The notes under the pieces: generated by a model
What the model was told of the DNA's origin: nothing
The model's database searches: none
The model's input: only the letters and a program-made list of their open reading frames with translations
Position numbers and translations under genes: made by a program
Assembly: GCA_035547915.1 (NCBI GenBank)
Contig: DASZTS010000014.1
Span: 53,134 to 117,133 of the forward strand
Length of the DNA: 64,000 nt
Direction: 5' to 3'
Source of the DNA: Pirellulales bacterium
GTDB lineage: Bacteria > Planctomycetota > Planctomycetia > Pirellulales > JAICIG01
Part shown: in pieces, positions 30,577 through 41,043 of the stretch
Layout: each line of letters begins with the position of its first letter
Position numbering within the stretch: the first letter of the stretch is position 1

Positions 30577-31270
30577 AGGGCGGCATCATACGCCCTTTTA
30601 TCTGGCCCGGAAGTGATATTTCATCCGCTGGCGTTCGGCGTGGTTTTTCGTTGTCCTTGCCCGATAAACGGCCGCCGGCTCACCCTCGCAAGATGCCAAT
30701 TCTCGACAGCCGGAAACACCAGTGTTTCTGCGCTTCTCCACGCGCTGACACGCGGAGATGCCTTATTTTCTGCGGCTCTTGACGTGTTAATCCTCGCAAA
30801 CCAGCGGCCTGCCTATTGCGCAGCGATTTGAACAGTGGTACAATTTGCCTATGTCCATGCCTCCGACATATCACCTCAACGAGCTGGGTCCACAGGCCCA
30901 GATGATGTCGAAATCGTGCGGTAACGAGCGAATGGCGATGATCCTCCAATACGTCGCCCTTGGGTCCATGATCGTCATGGCCGGAGTTGCCGCAAGCCAG
31001 GTTCTGCGGGATGCGTTCGGTTCGTCCGATCATCGCGGAGGCCGCGGCTGGTCGAGGTGACCATGCCGCAGCATCCCATCCCGGACCTACGCCAGCTTCC
31101 ACGCCCTGACCAACGCCGGGCGCTCCCCATCACGCAGCGGACGGAGGCATACCCTTGACGTATGCCGAAGAAGCCGCCGTCGTGGGACCAGCCCACACTC
31201 TTTCCGCTTCACCCTGACGATTCACATGAACCGACAAATGATGTAACATCACCACCTAAAGGAGATGACG

Positions 31271-31585
31271 ATGCAGTACAAGACCATAGTTCACGAACTC
31301 CTGCAACAACAGACGGAGTTGCACGAGAGGCTGCGGCTGACACGCCGGCTCCTGCCGACGATCGAAACCTACGCCAAGGAACTGAAGGCCAGCCACGAGG
31401 AGTGGAAGGAAACGCTCTCGGAGGCGCGGCCGGACAGCGACCCGATCCAGATCAGCAGCGAAGCAATGGAGATGGCCGTTCAGGAAATGGAAGATCGTTT
31501 GCAGAACGAATCGCAAACGAACGACGAGGCGCTCTCCCTCGACGCGGCAATGGCGTTTCTCCGCAATCCTACGTCGCGCGGCTGA
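31271..31585 (+). CDS. Hypothetical alpha-helical protein
   Basis: RBS AAAGGAG 8 nt before the ATG at 31271. 104 aa with no low-complexity sequence. Overlaps, in another frame, the unlikely N-terminal extension of the large downstream ORF. Confidence 0.45.
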   Translation: MQYKTIVHELLQQQTELHERLRLTRRLLPTIETYAKELKASHEEWKETLSEARPDSDPIQISSEAMEMAVQEMEDRLQNESQTNDEALSLDAAMAFLRNPTSRG

Positions 31586-31692
31586 AGGCACAGCGATCGC
31601 TGTTTGATTCCTTCCCCGACGCACACTCTTCCGCCACGGCTGCCCCGCCTGGGGCTTTCAATGACGGCACGCTAATCAGCCCGCCGGGCCGT

Positions 31693-31743
31693 GCAAGCGG
31701 AATTCCGGTTCCCCCTGAAGGTCTCCCCCAAAATTCCGCTGGC
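31693..31743 (+). promoter_or_regulatory. Conserved hairpin element, copy B
   Basis: Stem GCAAGCGGAATT / AATTCCGCTGGC with the same 27-nt loop as copy A. Lies 97 bp upstream of the GTG at 31840. Confidence 0.6.
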
Positions 31744-31839
31744 ACGGTCGCTGCGCGAGCGGAGCCCCGGACCGGGGCTGATTCTTCCGCGAGCCGTCAG
31801 GCCCCAGTTGCGGGGCCGGTAACTAGAGGAGACCGCGAC

Positions 31840-34800
31840 GTGCAAGGAACACAGCTCAGCTTTCAATTAGACGTACCACCCATCCGTTTTGCCGCCCCGC
31901 CACCGGAGCAGACGACACCACGAAAACTTTTCACAGATCAACCACGGCCCGCACCAGCACCGGCGACGATTGCAAGCGGTGAGAAATCCAAGGCACGCGA
32001 CATCATCACCGCCATCCGCACGCTGAAGGCCATCGAGCAGGAGCAGCGGCCGGCCACCACCGACGAACGGCAAATGCTCGCCCGCTTCGGCGGTTTCGGT
32101 GCAGTGGCCCTGTCCATCTTTCCCGACCCGGTGACCGGCAAATACAAGGACGCCGGCTGGCAATCTCTCGGCGAAGAATTGCAATCGTTGCTCTCGCCCC
32201 AGGAATACGACAGCGCCAAACGCACCACCTTCAACGCCTTCTACACGTCACCCACCGTCATCGCCGGCATCCACGAGGCGATCAGCCAACTGGGCGTGCC
32301 CAACACGGCGACGATCCTGGAGCCAGGCTGCGGCACCGGCAATTTCATGAGCCAGGGCAAACCCGGCAACCACTTCATCGGCGTCGAACTCGATTCTATC
32401 TCCGGCCGCATCGCCCGTGCGTTGCATCCCGAACACGACATCCGCATCGAAAGTTTCCGCGACACGACGCTGCCCGAAAACCGCATCGACGCCGTGATCG
32501 GCAACGTGCCGTTTGCCGACGTGAAGCTCGACCACCACGGCCAGAAATTCTCCCTGCACGATTATTTCTTCGCCAAGTCGGTTGACGCACTGAAGCCCGG
32601 CGGGGTGCTGGCACTGGTCACGTCGCATTACACGCTCGACAAGCAGAATGCCGCGATCCGTGAATATCTTGCCGCCAAAGCCGATTTCGTGGGAGCGATC
32701 CGCCTGCCATCGGATGCGTTCAAGCGGGAAGGAACCGCCGTAGTGACCGACATCGTGTTTCTTCGCAAGCGGGCACCAGGGGAGCCGGCCAACCATGCAG
32801 ACAAGGATTGGCTGGGCATTGCCCCGCTGGCGATAGATGGCGCAGAGGTTCCGGTCAACCGCTACTTCCTGAACCATCCCGAAATGGTGCTGGGCACCTG
32901 GAGCCGCAAGGACACGCTCTACGGAGGCGAGGGATTCAGCGTCGCCGGCAACGGCGACCTTGAGGGCAATCTCAGGAAAGCCGTTGATCGGCTTCCGAAA
33001 TTCGAGCCGCTTCAATCCTCACCAGCCGAGGCCGAAGCCGTTCCGGCATTCACGCCGCCCCCGCAGCAGCGCCACATCAACGAAGGCAGTTTCTTCGTCG
33101 GCGACGACCGGATCATTTACCAGACCGACGGCGGCCAGGGTGTGCCCGTCGTCTATGGCGGCAGCACGCTGAGGGCTGACGGCAACCTGACCGGCAGGCG
33201 CATGGCCGCACTGATCGAGCTGCGTGACAAGGCCCGCCGGGTGCTGCAATCGCAGAATGAAGGCTGGCCCCAGTCGCACCGCGACGATGCACGCCGCGAA
33301 CTGAACCGGGCTTACGACCGCTTCGTCATGGCCTACGGCCCGATCAACAAGGCTTCCTTAAGTGAAACCAAAGACGGCAGCGTCATCCGCCGCACGCCCA
33401 ACCTTGTGAAATTCAAGGAAGACCCCGACGCCATGCTGGTCATGTCGCTGGAGAATTACGAGGACGAATCCGGCAAGGCGACCAAGGCCGCCATCATGTC
33501 GAGGGACGTGGTTGGCAAGAACCCGCCCATCACGCAGGTACGAAGCGCCGAGGAAGGATTGCTGGTGTCGCTCAATCAACGCGGCACGGTGGACCTGCCT
33601 TACATCGCATCACTCTACGGCAAGCCTGAACCGCAGGTTATCGACGAGCTGGGCGACCTGATTTTCCAGAACCCGCAATCGAAGGAATGGGAAACCGCCG
33701 ACGATTATTTATCCGGCAACGTGCGGTCGAAACTGGCCGCCGCCGACGCGGCAGGCCCGCAATACCAACGCAACGTCAGTGCTTTGCAACACGTGCAGCC
33801 CGAAGACGTGCTGCCCGGCGACATCGACGCCGGGCTGGGTGCCCCGTGGATACCGGCCGGCGACATCCAGGCATTTGCGGCCGAACTGTTCCACGTCGAT
33901 CCGGGCGCAGTCCCGGTCGCCCACCTGAAGAAAGATGCCGTCTGGAGCCTCGATGCCGGCTACGCCGCAAAGGCATCCGTCGCCGCTACGTCAGAATTCG
34001 GCACTCCACGGGCCAACGGCACCTGGCTGCTGGAAATGGCCCTCAACATGAAGTCGCCGACGATCTACGACACCATCCAGAATGGCGACCGCGAGGAGCG
34101 CGTCGTCAACCAGGAAGATACGATGGCCGCCCGCGAGAAACAGAAGCTCATCAAGGAACGCTTCCGGTCGTGGGTGTTCAGCGATCCCGAACGTACCGAA
34201 CGGCTGGTCCGCCTCTACAACGACACCTACAACAACCTGCGGCCCAGGCTGTTCGATGGATCGCACCTCGATTTCCACGGGATGAACCAGGCCCTCGCAC
34301 TCCGGCCGCACCAGAAGGATGCGGTCTGGCGTGGCATGAGCAGCGGCAATACGCTGCTGGCCCACCTCGTCGGTGCCGGCAAGACGTTCACGATGGCCGC
34401 GACCGGCATGAAGATGAAGCAGGCCGGGCTCATCAAGAAGCCGATGTACGTCGTGCCCAACCACCTGCTGGAGCAATTCGCCCGCGAATTCATGCAGTTG
34501 TACCCGAACGCCAAGCTGCTGGTCGCCGCCAAGGAAGACCTGACACGCGACCGCCGCAAGTTTCTGACGGCCAAGATTGCCAGCGGCGAATGGGACGGCA
34601 TCATCGTGACGCACAGTTCCTTCGAGCGGATCGGCATGTCGCGGGATTATCAGGAGAAATTCCTGCTGGAGCAGATCGCCGAATACGACGAGTTGCTCCG
34701 CGAACACGCCGCCGACAAGGGCAGCAACCGCAACCTCATCAAGCAGATCGAGAAGCAGAAGGCGGCACGGGCCGAGCGGCTCAAAAACCTGCTGGCCGAG

Positions 34801-37011
34801 GATAAGAAAGACGACGGGCTGGTGTTCGACGAACTGGGCGTCGATCACGTTTTCATCGACGAGGCCCATTACTTCAAGAACCTGGAGACGCCAACCAAGA
34901 TGGAGCGTGTGGCCGGCATCCAGACCGGCGGCTCCGAACGGGCGTTCGACGTGTACATGAAGGCCCGCTACCTCGACGAGCAGCACGCCGGCCACGGGGT
35001 CACCTTTGCCACAGGAACGCCGATAAGCAACACGATGGTGGAGATGTACACCATGCAGCGTTTCCTCGATCCAGAGGGCCTGAGAAGCCGGGGAATCGAG
35101 CATTTCGACGCATGGGCAGCCACCTTCGGCGAAGTGGTCGACACGATGGAGATTTCCCCGGACGGTGCCGGACTGCGGCCCCGCAGCCGGTTTGCCCGGT
35201 TCACCAACCTGCCGGAACTCCAGCAGATGTTTCGGGCATTTTCCGACGTGCAGACGGCCGACATGCTGAACCTGCCGCGGCCGACCCTGAAAGGCGGCAA
35301 ACCGATTGTGGTTGCCTGCCCGATGTCCGATGAGCAGCGGGAGCTGCAAGACGAGCTTGTCAGACGCTACGAACGGCTGCGGTCGGAGAAGATAGACCCG
35401 CGTGTCGATAACGCCCTGGCCATCACCACGGACGGCCGCAAACTGGCCACCGACGCCCGGATGCTGTCGGAGACCGCCCAGGACTTCACGGAATCAAAGG
35501 TTAACCGGCTGGTCGAAAACGTCTTTTCGATCTGGCAGCGGACCGCCCCGACGCGCGGCACGCAGATGATTTTCGCCGATATGGGCGTCAATCCGACCGC
35601 GTGGGGCTATTCGCCCTACGACGAGATCATCCGTAAGCTGGTCGCCCACGGCATCCCGCGTGAGCAGATCGCCACCATCGGCGACGCCGAATCCGACGCC
35701 AAGAAACAGGCATTGTTCGAGAAGGTCCGGCAAGGCTCGGTGCGCGTCCTGATCGGCAGCACGCAGAAAATGGGCACCGGCACCAACGTCCAGAAACGGC
35801 TGGCCGCCCTGCATCACCTCGATGCACCGTGGAAGCCGGCGGAAGTCGAACAGCGTGACGGCCGCATACTCCGGCAGGGCAACGAGAATAAGGAAGTCGA
35901 GATTTACCGTTACGTTACCGAAGGTTCCTTCGACGCCTACATGTGGCAGGCCCTCGAAACCAAGGCCCGCTTCATTGGTCAGGTCATCACCGGCGACAAC
36001 GCCGCCCGCCGCGCCGACGACATCGGTGGGCAGGAACTCTCCTACGCCGAGGTTAAGGCGATTGCCTCCGGCAACCCGGCCGTGCTCACGCTGGCCGAGG
36101 CCGACGCCGAGCTACAGCGGCTTAACCTCCTGAAAAAGAACCATCTCGACGAGCAATACGTTGCCCGCCGCAACGTGCGGGATTTACCGGCGACCATCAC
36201 CAGGCTGACCGACCGGCTCACGAAACTCACGGCCGACGAGGCGACCGCCACGGCCCACGCCGCCGAGCCGATAAGGATCGGCAGCCATTCTTATTCACGG
36301 GAGGACGCACCGGCCGTGCTTGCCAACCGGCTGGATGCAATGCCCGGCAACGTCCGCGACACCACCCGCGTGCCGGTGGGCACCTACCGGGGCCTGCAAT
36401 TCGGTCTGCTGCTGCATCCGCAGTTTCCGCCCGACGTTTACCTCGAAGGGGCGATCATCCGCCATACCGGGCTCTCCCGTGAGCACCAGGGACCGCGTGC
36501 AGTCCTGAACGCACTGGAACGCATCGCCGGTGCCTACGGCTCGGAATGTGTCGGAACCCGGCAGGAACTGGCGATTGCCGAATCGCAGCTACGCGACTAC
36601 CAGGCCCGGCTGGGCAAGCCGTTCCCGCACGACGCATATCTCTTGGAAATGACCGGACTCCGTGACCAGCTCAAGGCCGGCTTATCCGCCACGCCGCACG
36701 AAGCTGCCGAATCAGGGCCGACCGTTTCCGAACTGGCCGACCGGATCAAGGCGATCAAGGCCGCCAACACCATCGACGCCACGCCACAGCGCGTGCAGCG
36801 GAAACATGCAACTGCCGAAGAGCCAATCACCGCCCGCATCCGCCGGCGGCAGGAGGCCATGCCTACGCCCGACCAGGCGATTGAGCATGAGGAAGCACCG
36901 GAAGCAGTGGCAGCCACGACGCCGGAGCCGAATTCATCCGCAAGGCCGATGACCTTCCGGGAACGCATCCTGCGTGAACGGGGTCAGGCTGACGAGCACA
37001 CTCCGCAGTGA
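31840..37011 (+). CDS. DarB-like antirestriction N6-adenine DNA methyltransferase - SNF2/DEAH helicase fusion (~1720 aa)
   Basis: MTase motifs (ILEPGCGTGNFMS and GNVPFADVK, i.e. motif I and an NPPF-like motif IV). Helicase motifs (LVGAGKTFTMAATGMK, IDEAHYFKN, helicase-C QRDGRILRQGN). The listed ORF starts at 31162 but its first ~225 codons are low-complexity and cover the hairpin repeat. GTG at 31840 with RBS AGAGGAGA is the likelier start. Confidence 0.85.
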   Translation: MQGTQLSFQLDVPPIRFAAPPPEQTTPRKLFTDQPRPAPAPATIASGEKSKARDIITAIRTLKAIEQEQRPATTDERQMLARFGGFGAVALSIFPDPVTGKYKDAGWQSLGEELQSLLSPQEYDSAKRTTFNAFYTSPTVIAGIHEAISQLGVPNTATILEPGCGTGNFMSQGKPGNHFIGVELDSISGRIARALHPEHDIRIESFRDTTLPENRIDAVIGNVPFADVKLDHHGQKFSLHDYFFAKSVDALKPGGVLALVTSHYTLDKQNAAIREYLAAKADFVGAIRLPSDAFKREGTAVVTDIVFLRKRAPGEPANHADKDWLGIAPLAIDGAEVPVNRYFLNHPEMVLGTWSRKDTLYGGEGFSVAGNGDLEGNLRKAVDRLPKFEPLQSSPAEAEAVPAFTPPPQQRHINEGSFFVGDDRIIYQTDGGQGVPVVYGGSTLRADGNLTGRRMAALIELRDKARRVLQSQNEGWPQSHRDDARRELNRAYDRFVMAYGPINKASLSETKDGSVIRRTPNLVKFKEDPDAMLVMSLENYEDESGKATKAAIMSRDVVGKNPPITQVRSAEEGLLVSLNQRGTVDLPYIASLYGKPEPQVIDELGDLIFQNPQSKEWETADDYLSGNVRSKLAAADAAGPQYQRNVSALQHVQPEDVLPGDIDAGLGAPWIPAGDIQAFAAELFHVDPGAVPVAHLKKDAVWSLDAGYAAKASVAATSEFGTPRANGTWLLEMALNMKSPTIYDTIQNGDREERVVNQEDTMAAREKQKLIKERFRSWVFSDPERTERLVRLYNDTYNNLRPRLFDGSHLDFHGMNQALALRPHQKDAVWRGMSSGNTLLAHLVGAGKTFTMAATGMKMKQAGLIKKPMYVVPNHLLEQFAREFMQLYPNAKLLVAAKEDLTRDRRKFLTAKIASGEWDGIIVTHSSFERIGMSRDYQEKFLLEQIAEYDELLREHAADKGSNRNLIKQIEKQKAARAERLKNLLAEDKKDDGLVFDELGVDHVFIDEAHYFKNLETPTKMERVAGIQTGGSERAFDVYMKARYLDEQHAGHGVTFATGTPISNTMVEMYTMQRFLDPEGLRSRGIEHFDAWAATFGEVVDTMEISPDGAGLRPRSRFARFTNLPELQQMFRAFSDVQTADMLNLPRPTLKGGKPIVVACPMSDEQRELQDELVRRYERLRSEKIDPRVDNALAITTDGRKLATDARMLSETAQDFTESKVNRLVENVFSIWQRTAPTRGTQMIFADMGVNPTAWGYSPYDEIIRKLVAHGIPREQIATIGDAESDAKKQALFEKVRQGSVRVLIGSTQKMGTGTNVQKRLAALHHLDAPWKPAEVEQRDGRILRQGNENKEVEIYRYVTEGSFDAYMWQALETKARFIGQVITGDNAARRADDIGGQELSYAEVKAIASGNPAVLTLAEADAELQRLNLLKKNHLDEQYVARRNVRDLPATITRLTDRLTKLTADEATATAHAAEPIRIGSHSYSREDAPAVLANRLDAMPGNVRDTTRVPVGTYRGLQFGLLLHPQFPPDVYLEGAIIRHTGLSREHQGPRAVLNALERIAGAYGSECVGTRQELAIAESQLRDYQARLGKPFPHDAYLLEMTGLRDQLKAGLSATPHEAAESGPTVSELADRIKAIKAANTIDATPQRVQRKHATAEEPITARIRRRQEAMPTPDQAIEHEEAPEAVAATTPEPNSSARPMTFRERILRERGQADEHTPQ

Positions 37012-37154
37012 GCCCGCCGCAGGCACTGGCAGATGAAATCCTACCTGCCCCGGAGCAAATCTGGGGCGGGACCATCAGGCCCCATTTCCCGCCCCAGGCC
37101 CCACCCTTTTCCCCACTTCTCTGTTCCGGTGAAAAACTCAGAAGAAAGAGCCGC

Positions 37155-37183
37155 TTGACAACTCTATCACCGACCGATAGACC
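37155..37183 (+). promoter_or_regulatory. Sigma70-like promoter (TTGACA-17-TAGACC) with embedded 17-bp palindrome CTATCACCGACCGATAG (putative operator)
   Basis: Read directly from the sequence upstream of the HTH regulator gene (RBS AAAGGAG, ATG 37211). Confidence 0.45.
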
Positions 37184-37210
37184 CTACCTCAAGCGAAAGG
37201 AGAATCCGAA

Positions 37211-37470
37211 ATGCCATTTGAGCGTTCCCTAGAAATCGAACAGCGGTTGGATAACGTTCTCCACCTGATCCGTACCGGCCGTTATTCTACGCCAGCGTTG
37301 GCCGAAGAGGTCGGGGTTTCAGTTCCGACGATTTCACGGATCGTCGCCGCCCTTCGAGGGAGAGGGCACGAAATCCAGGCGGAGAGAACAGAAAAGGGCT
37401 GGCGCTACTTTCTTGTCCGACAGACCAAGATGCCCGCCCACGCCGACTCACGGCAACATCATGCGCGTTC

Positions 37471-37474
<4 letters not shown>
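37211..37474 (+). CDS. Small HTH transcriptional regulator (possible controller protein of the Type I R-M operon)
   Basis: Winged-helix/HTH segment [22 protein letters not shown]. Stop overlaps the hsdM start. Confidence 0.55.
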
Positions 37475-39061
<1,587 letters not shown>

Positions 39062-39072
<11 letters not shown>

Positions 39073-40396
39073 CTGGCGCACGTGCAAAATCGGAGATGTC
39101 TTCACACTGACTCCAGGCTTTGCCTTCAAAAGCAGCGATTTCATCGACCATGGCACGCCGGTATTGAAAATCAAAAATGTAAAGGCAGGCGAAGTCGTAT
39201 TCAATGACTTGAGCTACGTGGCTGACAGTTTTGTGCAGAGTCGCAGCAACTTCCTTGTTCAACATGGCGATATTCTGATTTCCTTGTCAGGGAACCGTAT
39301 CGACGGCTCAAAAGATACTTGGGTAGGAAAAGTTGCCCAGTTTCGACGAAATGGCAACTACCTTCTCAATCAGCGCGTTGGTATCCTGCGGCCGAAAACT
39401 GATGTAACGATTGACACGCGTTGCAGCGCGTACTTGCTGGGTTCAGAACAATACCAACAACTCTTCATCTCAATAGCAACGAGTTCAGGTGGTCAAGCCA
39501 ATCTGTCATCAGCACAGGTGCTGAATGCAGAAATTAGGCTGCCACCGTTCGCTGAGCAGCAGGCTATCGCATGTATTCTTGGGGCATTGGACGACAAGAT
39601 CGCGTTAAACCATCGGCGGAACAGCGGGCTCGAAGCAATCGCGCGCGCGATATTTCAGAGTTGGTTCGTGGACTTCGCTCCAGTGCAAGCGAAAGCAGAA
39701 GGCCGCAAGCCTGCCGGATTGCCGCCGGAACTCATGGCACTGTTTCCCACCTCGTTTGAGGAAAGCGAACTCGGAGAAATTCCGAAGGGATGGCATATCG
39801 GGACGGTTGGGGATGTCGTTGAGATCAACGGTTGGACATTGGGAAAACGGGATGAACTCGACGAGATCAACTACATCGAAATCAGTGAAGTCATGCGAGG
39901 AGAGGTTGCCAATATCACTCGCTATGTTCGTGGAGAAGAGCCCGGACGAGCGAGAAGACGATTGCGACATGGCGACACGGCAATTTCGACCGTCCGACCA
40001 GATCGAGGCGCATATTTTCTGTGTCTTGAGCCCCCGACAAGCCTGATAGCCTCAACCGGCTTCGCGGTTCTCACTGCGAGGGGTGGGCATTGGGCTTTCG
40101 TGCATGTACTCACGACAAGGAACGAATTCGGCCAAGAACTCGGTCGGCTGGCGGATGGTGGCGCGTACCCTGCCGTTCGTCCAGAATTAATCTCGGCTCG
40201 GCCAGTCGTGATCCCCGCAAATGGTAGTGTTTTATCTGCGTTTGAAAAACTCACTCAGCCACTTTTCTTGAAGGTCGAAGCTGAAAGAAAGGAATCCCGC
40301 ACCCTCGCAGCCCTGCGAGATACGCTCTTGCCGAAGCTGATTAGCGGAGAGCTACGTGTGCCGGACGCCGAGCGGATCGTTGGGATGGTGGTATGA
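39062..40396 (+). CDS. hsdS: Type I R-M specificity subunit HsdS (two TRDs)
   Basis: Duplicated TRD and conserved-region architecture. Overlaps hsdM. Confidence 0.88.
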
Positions 40397-41043
40397 GCAC
40401 ACCGCTCAAGCCCTGGACCAGGGGACCATTTGAACTGTTGGTCCATGCCGAGTTGCACCGCCTTGACGGTGACGACTTTGATCGCCGTATGGCGATGATT
40501 AGCTTCGACAACGCAATCGAAGTTGCGATCACAACCTACCTCAACCTAAATCCAATTCAACGCAACAAACGACAGTATCCGAAAGCGGATGTGGAGAAGT
40601 GGCTGACGAATTTTCACACCAAAATCGACTTTTTCATGATCGAACTTGACACCCGTGGCCTTGCAGTTCTGCACGAGCAGGCGGACATCGTTTGGTATCA
40701 CGATTCCAGGAACGAGCAGTATCACGGTGGAAAGCCATCGGTCCCATTGATCGCCGAGCTGGAGACTATTCGTGGGATTGCAATCTGGGTATTTAGCGTG
40801 CTGTTTGAGATACCAGATACGGAGCCAAGGATTGGCGAGGCCATCGCGTTGAGACGCCCACAAACGATGGAAGGGAGAACGCCGGAATATGATGGCTTGA
40901 TCGACGATACGTATGGTACTTGCTCGGTCGCAGGCGACCAATACAAGACGAGCGATGTGCTTCATGCTCTTGATGCAGCGGCTTATGCAGAACTCGGTGA
41001 GGCTCTCAAGCAGCAGCTTGGGCAGGAAGGAAATCCGTCATGA
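40393..41043 (+). CDS. Hypothetical protein embedded between hsdS and hsdR
   Basis: 216-aa ORF with ATGA overlaps at both ends (40393-40396 and 41040-41043). Locally lower GC. No motif recognised. Confidence 0.55.
   Translation: MSTPLKPWTRGPFELLVHAELHRLDGDDFDRRMAMISFDNAIEVAITTYLNLNPIQRNKRQYPKADVEKWLTNFHTKIDFFMIELDTRGLAVLHEQADIVWYHDSRNEQYHGGKPSVPLIAELETIRGIAIWVFSVLFEIPDTEPRIGEAIALRRPQTMEGRTPEYDGLIDDTYGTCSVAGDQYKTSDVLHALDAAAYAELGEALKQQLGQEGNPS

Noticed and set aside
33687-35349. Long ORFs 33687-34805(+) and 33991-35349(-) inside the DarB-like gene
   Set aside because: Alternate-frame or antisense, Arg/Gly/Pro-rich artefacts of GC-rich coding sequence. The DarB-like frame carries all conserved MTase and helicase motifs.
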